A stretch of DNA of 64,000 bases from Planctomycetota bacterium (GCA_028289345.1 JANQQL010000050.1:202370-266369), one strand, 5' to 3'. Counted from the stretch's first letter, positions 51,206 to 62,030 are shown. Notes: a model not told the origin generated them from the letters alone. Numbers and translations: made by a program.

Positions 51206-52147
51206 TTACTGCAGGCGCGTGCCCACCGGAATCGGGAATCCGCGCAGGAACTCCACGGCGGACAACGCGCGCTTCCCGGAGCGTTTCACTTCCAGGATTT
51301 GGTACACGCCCTTCTTCGTGGCCACTTCAATGCCGGTGGTGAAGGCGACAACGGTGCCAGGCATTGCGGGGGATGGCACATCCACCACCGCGCCCTTGAC
51401 GACGATGATGCGCTGCGGGCTCCGATCCGTTGGGCAGAAGGTGAATGCCGAGGGCCAGGGGGTCATGGCGCGCACGTGGCGGTCGATCTCTTCGGCAGTG
51501 AACGGCCAACGCACCCGCCCGTCCTCTTTCTGGAACATGGGGGCCGGTGAGGCAGCGGACTCGTCCTGGGGAGTGCCTTTCAAGGACGAGCCTTCGATCG
51601 CGTCGGAGTTTTCGAGGAACAGGTCGCGAGCCAACTCGGCGAGCTTGTCCATCAAGGTGCCACCGGTGTCGGTGTTCTCGATGGGAATGGATTTGGCAGC
51701 GTAGATCGGGCCGGCGTCCATCTTGGAAGTCATCCCCATCAGGGTGACTCCCGTTTCGCTGTCCCCCGAGCGAATCGCGTGCTGCACCGGCGCCGCGCCG
51801 CGGTACTTCGGCAACAAAGAGCCGTGCAAATTCAACGCGTACTTGCTCGGCAGCCCCAACACCTCGTCCGACAGCTTCTGCCCGAAGGCGGCGGTCAGAA
51901 ACACCTCGGCGTTGGCTTCCTTGAGCTTCTCCACGTGCTCGGCATCGTTGATGTCCGGAGCGCGCAGAACTTCCAGCTCCATCTCTTCCGCCACCTTGGC
52001 GACCGCCGAAGACGTAGCCCGCATGCCTCGGCCCGCTTTGGCATCGGGCTGGGTCACGATCATGGCCAAATCAAAGCGAGGGTCTTCGACCAACGCCTTC
52101 ATGGTGGGAATCGCGAACTCCGAAGTGCCGAAGTAAACAACTCTCAT
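51206..52147 (-). CDS. fmt: Methionyl-tRNA formyltransferase
   Basis: FGTSEFA, TQPD, NLHGSLLPKYRGAAP, DAG. Confidence 0.96.
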   Translation of the reverse strand: MRVVYFGTSEFAIPTMKALVEDPRFDLAMIVTQPDAKAGRGMRATSSAVAKVAEEMELEVLRAPDINDAEHVEKLKEANAEVFLTAAFGQKLSDEVLGLPSKYALNLHGSLLPKYRGAAPVQHAIRSGDSETGVTLMGMTSKMDAGPIYAAKSIPIENTDTGGTLMDKLAELARDLFLENSDAIEGSSLKGTPQDESAASPAPMFQKEDGRVRWPFTAEEIDRHVRAMTPWPSAFTFCPTDRSPQRIIVVKGAVVDVPSPAMPGTVVAFTTGIEVATKKGVYQILEVKRSGKRALSAVEFLRGFPIPVGTRLQ

Positions 52148-52214
52148 TCGTATCGGCCCTTCCTGAGACTTGCGGTTCCCAAGACGCTCATTCCGACTTT
52201 GCCCGCAGACTCTT

Positions 52215-52556
52215 TCACAATTGGACGCCGGTCGCCTGGGTCACGACATCCTTGAGCTTGTCGACAGTGAGCTGTCCCGCGCCGACCAACTTGTGCTTCA
52301 TTTCTCCGCCCTGGAAAACCAGCAGCGTGGGAATCGCGGTGATTCCGTAGCTGGACGGAGTTCGCTCGTGATCCTGGGTGTTGTGCTTGACGACCTTCAC
52401 CTTGCCGGCAGTCGCTCCGGCGAAGGATTCGATGGTGGGTGCCAGTGCTCGGCAGGGGCCACACCAAGGTGCCCAGAAGTCGACGACGACCGGCTCGGAC
52501 GCCTTCAGGACTTCCTGCTCGAAAGAATCGTCAGTCGTTTCCAGGAGATCGGCCAT
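52215..52556 (-). CDS. trxA: Thioredoxin
   Basis: DFWAPWCGPC, IPT. Confidence 0.95.
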   Translation of the reverse strand: MADLLETTDDSFEQEVLKASEPVVVDFWAPWCGPCRALAPTIESFAGATAGKVKVVKHNTQDHERTPSSYGITAIPTLLVFQGGEMKHKLVGAGQLTVDKLKDVVTQATGVQL

Positions 52557-53634
52557 GTTGGGTTTCCTCTGTGGCAGTGGATGGGAACGCGTCGGGAAGC
52601 TCCGTCTCCGATGGTTCCGCTACGGCGTTTTCGTTGGGTTCCGCTCCGTCCTGGGAACAGGGCTCCTCAGGAACCGGCTCGCTGGAATCGACCTCGCAGG
52701 ATACTGCCTCGCCGGATTCGGGCGCGGGGGATTCCTGTGCCTCGGAATCGATGCCAGCGGAGTCCTCGGTCGCATCGACGGTGTCGGGCTCCCGCTCGGG
52801 CTCTGGATCCAGGTCGGTCGGACGGGTCTCTTCCGGCGCGGAGTCCTGTCCGGAGTTGGCCGAGGACCCATTCGCGGCTCGATCCGAGCCATCGGAAGTT
52901 AGGGGCTCGGGAAGCGAAGTCAAGGAATCGGGGATCTCGCCCCGCGCCTCGATGTCGATCTCCCCGAAGCGCTCTTCCTGGCGGGCCCGGATGATCCGCG
53001 CTTTGATCAACTCCAACACCGCGAGGAACATCCCCAACAGGTCTTCGCGGGTCCCGCTTCCCTCGAACAACTTGAAGAACGGGATTCGCGGACTCTCGCG
53101 AAGCGTCTCGAGCAAGTCTTCCACGTAGGCAGAAACCGGTCGGCCTTGGTCCATCAGGATCGGCGACTTCCGATCCAGTCCGGTCTCCTGAAGGATCTGC
53201 CGGAACGCCTCCACCAAGTCGTGCAGGTCGACTTCGTCGAGCGGGATGCCGGCGTCGCTAACCAGGGGCCGGCTGGGGTGCACCAGTCGCCGGGCATCGG
53301 CGCGATGGTTGAGGAATCGCGACGCCTCTTTGACCTTGCGGTACTCCAGGAGCTGCTGAATCAGGGACTCTTCCTGGTCCAGCTCCTCCGCCAGGTTCAC
53401 CTCTTCATTCGGCAGCAGCGAGCGGGCTTTGATCGCCATGAGAGTCGCCGCCATCACGAAGAAGTCCCCGACCCGGTCGATGTCGGTCTTCTTGACCTCG
53501 TCCATGATCTCGACGTACTGGTCACAGATGCGGACCAAGGGGATTTCACGAATGTCCACCTCTTCCCGCTGCACCAGGTACAGGAGGAGGTCGAGGGGAC
53601 CCGCGAAGTTCTCGAGTTGGAAGCGTGTTTCCAT
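52531..53634 (-). CDS. scpA: Segregation and condensation protein A with long acidic tail
   Basis: FAGPLDLLL, MAATL..IK.R.LLP, FLAVLEL, Q...FGEI. Confidence 0.92.
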   Translation of the reverse strand: METRFQLENFAGPLDLLLYLVQREEVDIREIPLVRICDQYVEIMDEVKKTDIDRVGDFFVMAATLMAIKARSLLPNEEVNLAEELDQEESLIQQLLEYRKVKEASRFLNHRADARRLVHPSRPLVSDAGIPLDEVDLHDLVEAFRQILQETGLDRKSPILMDQGRPVSAYVEDLLETLRESPRIPFFKLFEGSGTREDLLGMFLAVLELIKARIIRARQEERFGEIDIEARGEIPDSLTSLPEPLTSDGSDRAANGSSANSGQDSAPEETRPTDLDPEPEREPDTVDATEDSAGIDSEAQESPAPESGEAVSCEVDSSEPVPEEPCSQDGAEPNENAVAEPSETELPDAFPSTATEETQHGRSPGND

Positions 53635-54335
53635 CAGCCCGACAGGGGGTTCATGCCGTAAGGAGTCAGCAGACTAAACAGTTCCCCGAGCGGTGACAGA
53701 ACGTATTTGCGCAGCCATGCAAACCCGCCCATCGAGATCAATCCAACCAGCACGATCAGTCCCAGCCACCACGCCCGCTCGAACTGTTCCGCCCAGCGTC
53801 GCGGGAGAAAGAAGGTCACCAGACGGTGGCCATCCAGAGGTGGGACGGGAATCAGGTTGAACACACCGAGAGCGAGGTTGAGGCCCACGCTGAACCACAC
53901 CAGGCGCTGCGGCAGGCTGTTCCGCACATCCCCTTCCCAATGGACGAGCCCGTGGTAGATCGCCACGAAAAACAGCGCCAAAACCGCGTTCATGAATGGT
54001 CCCGCAAGGGAAATCCACACGAGATCCAGTGCCGGACGTCGCAGGTTGTTGGGCTGCACGGGGACCGGTTTCCCCGCACCGAGGATCATCGGCGTTCCGC
54101 TGAGTAGAAGACCCAGCGGCAGAATCACGGAGAAGATCGGGTTGAGATGGGGAATCGGGTTCAGCGTCAACCGCCCTTGGCTGCGCGCCGTGGAATCCCC
54201 GAGCTTGTCGGCCACCCAAGCATGGCCGAATTCATGGACCGAGAGGGACACGACGAGTGCGCCAAACATCCCCAGCTTGACCACCGTGGAATCGACGAGA
54301 AGGGGGAGGCACTGCCACTGAGTCATGGAACACAC
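53634..54335 (-). CDS. Site-2 protease (M50 family)
   Basis: HEFGH, GRLTLNP, AGP..N, FNLIPVPPLDG; start uncertain. Confidence 0.92.
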   Translation of the reverse strand: MCSMTQWQCLPLLVDSTVVKLGMFGALVVSLSVHEFGHAWVADKLGDSTARSQGRLTLNPIPHLNPIFSVILPLGLLLSGTPMILGAGKPVPVQPNNLRRPALDLVWISLAGPFMNAVLALFFVAIYHGLVHWEGDVRNSLPQRLVWFSVGLNLALGVFNLIPVPPLDGHRLVTFFLPRRWAEQFERAWWLGLIVLVGLISMGGFAWLRKYVLSPLGELFSLLTPYGMNPLSG

Positions 54336-54482
54336 TGGTTTCGCGAGCGCGGTTACCGGGAGACCGGTTCGCCCTCGGCGAAGGCGAGAGCGGAAGGGCC
54401 GCGGCTCGACACTGCGTCTGGGGTCGCCGTGAGCGGATCGGAGGCGGAAGGTTTACGATAACCCCGGGATTGGAGACCCCCC

Positions 54483-55472
54483 ATGGCAAAGCCCCAGAAG
54501 TCCCCATCGGAGTTGCTCGAAGCGGCCCGGGATGTGTTGCGCCAGGAAGCCGAGGCGATCCGTCACCTGGCGGACCTGCTCGGAGAGCCCTTCGAACAGG
54601 CGGTTCATTTGCTGCGGCGTTGCTCGGGAATGGTCGTCGTGACCGGAATGGGCAAGGCCGGACTGATCGGCGCCAAGACCTCAGCCACCTTCGCTTCGAC
54701 CGGGACTCGGTCGTTGTTTCTGCACCCGGCCGAAGCGGTGCACGGTGACCTAGGACGCATCTATCACGAAGACGTGGTCTTGGCCTTGTCTCGGTCGGGG
54801 ACCACAGAAGAGGTCGTGCGGCTGCTGCCTCCCTTGAAACGCGTGGGGACTCCGCTGATCGCCATCACGTCGAACGGGGAAAGCCCCCTCGCCCGTCACG
54901 CCGACCTGTGCCTGAACATCGGCCCCGTCGTGGAAGCCTGCCCGCTGGGACTCGCCCCGACCACCAGTACCTCGGTGATGCTCGCCCTGGGAGACGCGTT
55001 GGCGGTTTCCGCCATGCACCTGCGCAAGTTCTCCAAAGAAGAGTTCGCCCGGTTCCACCCGGCCGGCGATCTGGGACGCCGCCTGTTGAAGGTCTCGGAG
55101 GTCATGCGGGAGGGAGACCAGAGCCCGACGGTCTCGTCGGGAGCATCGGTGCAACAGGCCCTCCAGGCAATGACCGACACCCGGGCCGGGGCCGTCGCGG
55201 TGATCGATCCCGAAGGGCGGGCGGTAGGGTTCTTCACTGACGGCGATTTGCGCCGCTATCTGTTGGTGGAGGAGGGCGAGTTCGAAGTGGGGCGGCCGAT
55301 CGACGAGTTCATGACTCGCTCGCCGATCACGATCGGTCCCGATCAGCTCGCCACCGAAGCCGTCCATCTGATGAAGCAAAAACAGCTCGACCAAGTGCCC
55401 GTGGTGGATGACGAACGGCGACTGGTCGGCCTACTGGACGTGCAGGACCTGATCGAGGTGGGGCTGGTCTGA
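54483..55472 (+). CDS. kdsD: Arabinose-5-phosphate isomerase (SIS + CBS)
   Basis: TGMGKAG, HPAEAVHGDLG, LAPTTS, HPAG, TDGDLRR. Confidence 0.93.
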   Translation: MAKPQKSPSELLEAARDVLRQEAEAIRHLADLLGEPFEQAVHLLRRCSGMVVVTGMGKAGLIGAKTSATFASTGTRSLFLHPAEAVHGDLGRIYHEDVVLALSRSGTTEEVVRLLPPLKRVGTPLIAITSNGESPLARHADLCLNIGPVVEACPLGLAPTTSTSVMLALGDALAVSAMHLRKFSKEEFARFHPAGDLGRRLLKVSEVMREGDQSPTVSSGASVQQALQAMTDTRAGAVAVIDPEGRAVGFFTDGDLRRYLLVEEGEFEVGRPIDEFMTRSPITIGPDQLATEAVHLMKQKQLDQVPVVDDERRLVGLLDVQDLIEVGLV

Positions 55473-55614
55473 CGTCTGATTCGTCGGGCTCGTTGGCGCG
55501 ACAATCGGCCGGAGGACCAGGGAGGGAATTCGGTGGGGGCCTGCCAATCGAACGAACCCTCCATTCCGAACGCAAACGGCCAACGACCGAAGTCAATCAC
55601 GGCGAGACGAGATC

Positions 55615-56148
55615 ATGGTGAACTCTCGAGCACTCCTCGAAAAGTTAGAGAAGGTCCGGTTGTTCGCCATGGACGTCGACGGAGTCCTCACCGACGGGCA
55701 GATTTACTTGTCCGAACAAGGAGAAGAGTTCAAGGCGTTCTTCGCTCGCGACGGCATGGGCCTGAAGTGCTACCACCTGGCCGGCGGCATCAGTGCGTGG
55801 ATCACCGCGCGCGATTCGCCGGTCGTGAAACGTCGCGCGGGAGAGCTGGGAGTGGCCGACGTCGTGCTCGACTCCAAGGACAAGGGGGCGGCGATCACCA
55901 GCGTGTGTGAGAAACACCAGGTGCGACCCGAACAGGTCGCGTTCCTTGGGGACGACCTACAGGACTTGCCCGCCATGGCGCGCTCAGGAGTCGCCATCAC
56001 CGTGCCGGGTTGCCCGCCCGAGCTGCGGGAGCGCGCCGACTTCGTGACCGAATTCCCCGGCGGCCGCGGCGCGGTCCGGGAGGTGGTCGAGCGGATTCTC
56101 AAGGCCCAAAATCGCTGGGACGACGTTGTGAGTCGTTTTCTCTCATGA
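55615..56148 (+). CDS. kdsC: KDO-8-phosphate phosphatase
   Basis: DVDGVLTDG, K.F..RDG.G, GDD..D, GG.GAVRE. Confidence 0.92.
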   Translation: MVNSRALLEKLEKVRLFAMDVDGVLTDGQIYLSEQGEEFKAFFARDGMGLKCYHLAGGISAWITARDSPVVKRRAGELGVADVVLDSKDKGAAITSVCEKHQVRPEQVAFLGDDLQDLPAMARSGVAITVPGCPPELRERADFVTEFPGGRGAVREVVERILKAQNRWDDVVSRFLS

Positions 56149-59105
56149 AACGGCTGCTGCTCTTCTTGGGAATCCTTGCCAGTGGCTTCGCCCTGCTGGC
56201 CGTCACTCTGGGTACCGATGACCTACTGCGGGACTACGAGCGTCCCGACATTGGCACCAAGGCCTTGACCGCGCCGGACAAGGCGATGGTCGCCGAGGGT
56301 CGAGGTCAGCGTTTGGAGATCGGCCTTCCGCCGTTCTTCGAAGGCCCGGTCACTCGCGATGTCGAAGTCGAGCAACCCGATGGCACCCTGAAACAAGTAT
56401 CGACTTCGTGGTGTTCGTTGCCGGACATCCAGCCATACGAAGGGGAGTCCGGACTGACCTCGACCGACCCGGTCCTCGAGCTGCGCGATCGCCACACCGA
56501 AGAAGTCGTTTCGCGAGTCACCGCACAGCGCACCATCATCCGGCTTCCCGAAGGCACTCGCTTCAAGGAGTTCATGGAAAGCGACCGGGAAGTAGAAAGC
56601 ATCGAGATGGTCGACGACGTCCTCGCGGTGCTGCAAAGCTCCGACGGAGCACCGTTTCGTCTCGAAACCGACCGCGTGTTCCTGCCGGGCACGGTCCTGC
56701 ACTCGGAACGGCCGACGGGGGTGATCGACTGCCCAGGTCCTGTGAGATTTCGTCGCGAAGACGGCTCCTTGATCATCGAAGGGTCGGCGGCCCAGCTGGA
56801 CTTGGCTGCTCAAACCCTGCGACTCGAAGCACCGGTTGGAATTCTCGCGAACGGGCTTTCCTTCGATCCCAGCTCCTCGGATCAACCGACCGAAGAGTCG
56901 CCTCCGTTGGTCGCCACCACCCAAGGCCCGGTCACCTATCGCTGGCGAGAGCGGGCCGCCTCCGACAGCGAAGACTCTCTCCCGCAGCTGATGGGAGCCG
57001 GGACGATTACCTTCCCGGAAGAGGTGCGCATCGAACAGGGGGATCGTTGGCTCTCCGGGACGCGGCTGGTCATGGAACTCGACCAAGCCCCGCGCTTAGC
57101 CGATCCCAAAGGGCGGGAAGAGCTGAGGGTCCGCAGTTTGGAGCTGGGGGACGGAGTGGCTCCGGTCGCGTTTGGGCTGCTCGGCGGTACCGGAGACGCG
57201 CGGCGCTTGTCCTGGGACGCCACCGCCGAACTGCTGTCTTTCGCCGGACCAGTCACCCTCACCGACATCCAAGGAGAGGCCCTTGCCGACGGCGAAGACG
57301 CTTGGCGGATCGAACGGTTGTCGGCTCGCGACCGAGTCGAGCTGCTGGTCCAGAACCTGGATCGCAGCGCCGCCGATGTGAGTCGCAAGATGCGCCTCGA
57401 CCTGCACGGACAAGCAGAACTCGCCTCCCCGGGCCAGTTCGCGGGGCGCGGCCAACGCATCTCTCTGCACTTCTTGGAGCCTCCAAATTCCGAGGCAGCG
57501 GGAACCGGCTTTCAACTCGAAGGAGTGGACGTTTTGGAACGCGCGTCCGTGGCCTTCGACACCACTGGCGAGACTCCTGTCCATGCCGATGGCTTTGCCG
57601 AAGCGATCCGATTGGAGGAACGCGACGGCCGACGGGAAATGACCATGACGGGGCAGGCGCGCTTGCAACTGTCTGGTCCCGACAATCCGCGTTTTCGTGA
57701 CGCCGAAGTCCGCGGCCCCGAAATCCGTGTTGTCGCCGAAGACCCCGAGTTCACTCTCATCGTCGAGGATCTGATCGGCGGTCACTTGACCGTTCCCGGA
57801 GATTCAATGCCCGGTGCCGCGGGCACCACCGCGGATTTCGTCCCGGTGCACTTCGAACCTCTTGAGCCCACCCGTTTCGTCGCGACCAACGAAACCTTCG
57901 ACTTCCGCGGTCGTTGCCGCTACCGGATGGAGGAAGGGGAGCAGTCCCGGCAACTGGTGTGTCGTTCGCTCACCTTGGAAGATCAAAACGGTGCCGTCGG
58001 CCTGCTCGCCGAACAAGAAGTCGAAATGGAGGATTCGGCCCGCGGAGCCAAGCTTGCTTGCACATCGTTGCAATGGGGCGAAGTCGCGGTGGCGACCGGT
58101 TCTCCGGCACGGCTCACTTTTCCTTTGGAAGAGGGGCTGGCCGTCATCGAAGGCGCCCGGCTCAACCTCGACGCAAGCTTCGAAACCCTGGTTTCCGATG
58201 GCGGCCAGGGGTTGGCCCGCCTGGAAGGGCCCGAGTCCTTATTGCGAGACGCGTTTCCCGAGAACGAGTTGCCCGAGGGGGCCGACCCGGCCTCGAGCAA
58301 AGTGGTCCTCGAAAGTCGTCGCATCGCCCTTCGCGCCAGCAACGAAGAACTTCCCGATGGATCCTCTCGTCCGCGCCTCACCCAACTGAACGCGGACGGG
58401 CAAGTGCAAGTCGAGCGCGGGAGTGACGGATCGCAACTCCTCGGGGAAAGCCTCTCGGTGGAGACGGCCTCTCGATCGGCACGGATGAGCGGCGGAGAAG
58501 GTTCCCCCGCGTCCATGCGCCGGCCCGCCCCCCAGGCGCCGGGCGAATGGGAATCCCTGATCGCCGAGTGGGTGAGCTTTGCCAACGGAGGCGAACTCGC
58601 AGACCTGCCACCAGGAACCGCGTTGGTCTTCTACGTGGCGTCCCGCGATGACGACGCGATCCCGCGCCGGGTCGAGATTCGAGTGGGCGGCCGCACGGAG
58701 CTCCGCGGCACGACGCTGCAATGTTTGGGAGGCGTGGAAACCCTGGTCAGCATTCCTGACGGGGATTCGCTCGGCGCCCGCTCGGAGCGAGTGGAGGTGC
58801 GGCTCGACAAACCGCTTCACGAGCGCGGTCGCCCCACCCAGATCTTCGCTCAGCAGCGAGTATTGCTCGAGCATCCTCAGTTCGAGTGCACCGGCTCACT
58901 ACTCGCCTTCGATTTCCTCACCGAATGGTTGGAACTGAAAGCGGGCCTCGACCCGTGCCGAGTCATCAGCTCCTCAGGGAACTTGCCATTCCCCGTGCAG
59001 TCCCAGTTCCAGCGGCTCAAGGGCCGGCTGCCAAGGCAGAGGGACGGTGGCCTCCCGGTGGATGAGTTCGTGGTCGAAGAGCTCGAGCTGATGGCGTTTC
59101 GGTAA
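56145..59105 (+). CDS. Large membrane-anchored beta-rich protein, possible LptC/LptA/OstA-like multi-jellyroll (986 aa)
   Basis: ATGA coupling to kdsC; N-terminal TM; repeated short beta strands such as A.G.V.(V/L) and G..L.(W/Y)D. Confidence 0.6.
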   Translation: MKRLLLFLGILASGFALLAVTLGTDDLLRDYERPDIGTKALTAPDKAMVAEGRGQRLEIGLPPFFEGPVTRDVEVEQPDGTLKQVSTSWCSLPDIQPYEGESGLTSTDPVLELRDRHTEEVVSRVTAQRTIIRLPEGTRFKEFMESDREVESIEMVDDVLAVLQSSDGAPFRLETDRVFLPGTVLHSERPTGVIDCPGPVRFRREDGSLIIEGSAAQLDLAAQTLRLEAPVGILANGLSFDPSSSDQPTEESPPLVATTQGPVTYRWRERAASDSEDSLPQLMGAGTITFPEEVRIEQGDRWLSGTRLVMELDQAPRLADPKGREELRVRSLELGDGVAPVAFGLLGGTGDARRLSWDATAELLSFAGPVTLTDIQGEALADGEDAWRIERLSARDRVELLVQNLDRSAADVSRKMRLDLHGQAELASPGQFAGRGQRISLHFLEPPNSEAAGTGFQLEGVDVLERASVAFDTTGETPVHADGFAEAIRLEERDGRREMTMTGQARLQLSGPDNPRFRDAEVRGPEIRVVAEDPEFTLIVEDLIGGHLTVPGDSMPGAAGTTADFVPVHFEPLEPTRFVATNETFDFRGRCRYRMEEGEQSRQLVCRSLTLEDQNGAVGLLAEQEVEMEDSARGAKLACTSLQWGEVAVATGSPARLTFPLEEGLAVIEGARLNLDASFETLVSDGGQGLARLEGPESLLRDAFPENELPEGADPASSKVVLESRRIALRASNEELPDGSSRPRLTQLNADGQVQVERGSDGSQLLGESLSVETASRSARMSGGEGSPASMRRPAPQAPGEWESLIAEWVSFANGGELADLPPGTALVFYVASRDDDAIPRRVEIRVGGRTELRGTTLQCLGGVETLVSIPDGDSLGARSERVEVRLDKPLHERGRPTQIFAQQRVLLEHPQFECTGSLLAFDFLTEWLELKAGLDPCRVISSSGNLPFPVQSQFQRLKGRLPRQRDGGLPVDEFVVEELELMAFR

Positions 59106-59351
59106 CCCTCGGGCAGCGGGCGGCGCCCGTTGACGCGGTAGCAATTTTGGACGGTGAGTCGTCGTCCTCGATCTCATGGACGCGGGACCCCCGCGCGTCG
59201 TTGCCAAGCCTGAGCTGACCAATTCATGCACACCGGAAGCATCGACCACGCAGACGCCCGCGAATCTCGGGCAGAACCGCCGAACAGGCGCCAACCTCCG
59301 ATCGCGAGGGTCTAAAATCGACCTCGGCTTCGCGTTCGAGGGAGACAGCCA

Positions 59352-60260
59352 ATGTTGATCGCCGTCAACCCCGTCGTCATCGACCTTGAGGTCACCTCCC
59401 TGTGCAACGCGGTCTGCACGTTCTGTCCTCGGTCAGAAATGACGCGCCAAGAGAAGTTCCTCGATCTCGAAGTGGTCAAATCACTTTGTCGTCAGATCGA
59501 GCAGGAAGATTTGCGTCAAGAAGTCGTGCTTTGCGGCATTGGCGAGTCAATCCTACATCCGCAGATCCACGAGATCATTCGACTGTTGCGCGCGGCGGGT
59601 GCTTCGGTCTCAATGACGACGAACGGCAAGAAAGTCGACGCTGCCGCATTGCGAAGACTTGTCGACTCGGGGCTCCAAGAAATCAGTTTTAGCATCAACG
59701 CATCCCAACCATCGACCCACCGCAAGGTTATGAAGATGGATGGCTACCGAGACGTCATTTCCAATGCCAAGAACGCGATTCGCCAGTCCCGATCTTTCGA
59801 GGACTTCCAAACAAACATCAGCTTCGTTCTTTGTCGGGAGAACTTCGAGGAACTTGACGAATTCATCGACGAGTGGAGGGCGGCCAAGCCATCCAGCATT
59901 TACATCCACCCCTTGAACAACCGAGCAAATCTCGTCAACGCGGAGTTGTCCGAAGTCCGCGTGGATCAGGTGGCCGTCAAGTACGCCAATGATCCTATCG
60001 TCATCGTCGACATCTTCTCGAAAGCTGGCTCGGACACGGGCATTTGCAAGATTGCAAGCAAGCTGGATTTCATCAGCTCGGACGGTGACTTGCTTCTGTG
60101 CGCCCTTGACTACGCAGCGGTCAACCGAATTGGCAACCTAGCGACAAATCGAATTCAAGACCTGAGAGCTCGCAAGATCCAAGCATACGCCAACGGCGAC
60201 TTCGATAGCTTTTGCGAGTCCTGCTCCTTCTGTCCCAAGCCGAGCAAAGTCGAGAACTGA
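59352..60260 (+). CDS. Radical SAM protein with C-terminal SPASM/twitch-like domain
   Basis: CNAVCTFC, GIGE, TTNG; C...ISSDG...LC..D...C..C..C. Confidence 0.9.
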   Translation: MLIAVNPVVIDLEVTSLCNAVCTFCPRSEMTRQEKFLDLEVVKSLCRQIEQEDLRQEVVLCGIGESILHPQIHEIIRLLRAAGASVSMTTNGKKVDAAALRRLVDSGLQEISFSINASQPSTHRKVMKMDGYRDVISNAKNAIRQSRSFEDFQTNISFVLCRENFEELDEFIDEWRAAKPSSIYIHPLNNRANLVNAELSEVRVDQVAVKYANDPIVIVDIFSKAGSDTGICKIASKLDFISSDGDLLLCALDYAAVNRIGNLATNRIQDLRARKIQAYANGDFDSFCESCSFCPKPSKVEN

Positions 60261-60419
60261 GCTGCCGGCCCGTCCCTTCTTGTTGATGGCGCCTGCTGTG
60301 AGAAGACCACAGCCTTGACGAGGAAGCCGCGGAAGAGTTCAGGGATCACCCGTCCGCATCACTGAATGCGCGGGCGTAGGCGTGAGCTGGTGTGGCTTCG
60401 GTCAGTGAATCAGAGTCTC

Positions 60420-60461
60420 AAAAAAGAAAACGGCAGGCCCACGTTGCGTGGACCTGCCGTT
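60420..60461 (-). terminator. Rho-independent terminator
   Basis: AACGGCAGG...CCTGCCGTT hairpin followed by a U-rich tract on the minus strand, just after the stop at 60485. Confidence 0.85.
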
Positions 60462-60484
60462 CCTTAGATTCTCAAATTTGAAGC

Positions 60485-61351
60485 TTACTGCTGCTCGGAA
60501 GAGACGAGAACGTCGTTGCGCCACACGTCCACTTGCACGAGGTCACCCGCGTTGTCGTAGTGGAAGTTGGTCTTCTCTTCGACCATTTGGTCTGCTTCAT
60601 AAGTGAAGGCGGCAGACTTGATGAGGCGACCTTCATCATCGTGCAGGTCGATCTTGCTGACGCTGCCATCCGGGTGGTAGGTCTTCAACAGCTGACCAGC
60701 CGTTCCGATATCGAGGGCGCCGGTATCATCATCGATGGACACCTTGAGTCCGCGGCCACCAATCACAACGTCATCATTGCCGTCGATCAGATCCACGTCG
60801 ATCCGGCATGGGCGAATGCCCCCGACAACGTCATCGACACCATCAACTCCGTCGACGGTTGGGGTCGGCGATCCACTGTTGCCGGCCCCTCCACCGATCA
60901 CGTCACCGTCGAAGTTGTCCGGATCTCTGGGATCGAAGTCTTTGCGGCAGGGGCGAATCACGATGTCATCGACGATGACCGTGACGCTCTCTTCTTCGAT
61001 GACGTCGTCGCCGAACATCACTTCCGTGGCGGTCAGGCTGGACAAGCTCAGCCCGACGGATTCACTTTCGGTGACGAGCACCATGGAGAGTGTGTCCATT
61101 CCGGCAGGGATGCTTGGCAGATGGGCGACGGCACCATCCGACTTGAAAACCCCCTGGGCCAGAACTCCGCCGACGGTGTTCGTGTCACGGTCCAAGGTTG
61201 CCAAGACCCAGCTTTCGCCGACCTGACCCCCTTCGAAGCGCAAACTCGTTCCGCCATCCTTGAACAAAGGTGTCTGGGCGATCAGCAGCGTCGCCGAAGC
61301 CACCAGGCTTGAAGAAATGGCAAGCACCTTCAGGATTCCACCACGCCACAT
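60485..61351 (-). CDS. Secreted acidic hypothetical protein with internal IRPCR repeat
   Basis: AGGAGG RBS, signal peptide, own terminator; C-terminal YD-like segments. Confidence 0.75.
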   Translation of the reverse strand: MWRGGILKVLAISSSLVASATLLIAQTPLFKDGGTSLRFEGGQVGESWVLATLDRDTNTVGGVLAQGVFKSDGAVAHLPSIPAGMDTLSMVLVTESESVGLSLSSLTATEVMFGDDVIEEESVTVIVDDIVIRPCRKDFDPRDPDNFDGDVIGGGAGNSGSPTPTVDGVDGVDDVVGGIRPCRIDVDLIDGNDDVVIGGRGLKVSIDDDTGALDIGTAGQLLKTYHPDGSVSKIDLHDDEGRLIKSAAFTYEADQMVEEKTNFHYDNAGDLVQVDVWRNDVLVSSEQQ

Positions 61352-62030
61352 CACTTGAACCCTCCTCGAAGCCGGCAAACACACGCGAAACAAATTTTTT
61401 CCTAAATCACAACGCCGGCATTGACATCTTTCTATGGACTTCGGCACGAAGTTCCAAGAGCTTTAGCGCGTCCATAATTCGGCCAGGCAATGACGTTGGC
61501 GGAGAGTCCAAATGACGGACACGTCGCCAGACTCGAGTGCCGGAGCCCATGTACCCCTTTAGATATTGCCAATGTCCCAGCAGTTTCCGCGGCTAGAGGC
61601 GGTCAGCAATCTCCATCCCGGTGGAGTCGTCGAGCGACGTCCCCAGAATCCGTAGCGAAAATGGACGGTGAAGACGTGATTTGCCTTGATGAGGAAGCAC
61701 GCGAAACGTCTTTCACCTGCAGACGTTGTCGTTCGCTTCATACTCGGATCATTGGACCGAGCAAACATTGGTCACCAGACTTCGCTGCTTTGATCCAACA
61801 ACGGCCGACCGAAATTCCATTTCGTGTCGTCTTCTTGCATCATGGAACTCATGAGATTGCTCGGCGACTGCCTACCGTTCTTCAGCAACGAAGCATCCGC
61901 CGAAGGAAATCAAACAGCTTTGAATCTCTTGCACAATCGGAGCGAGGCAACGCGCACACTTCTGTCCCTGAAATCGCAGACCCAAAGTCGACGGACTTGA
62001 AACTCAAGGACTTGAAAGCGGGGCTCGAAG

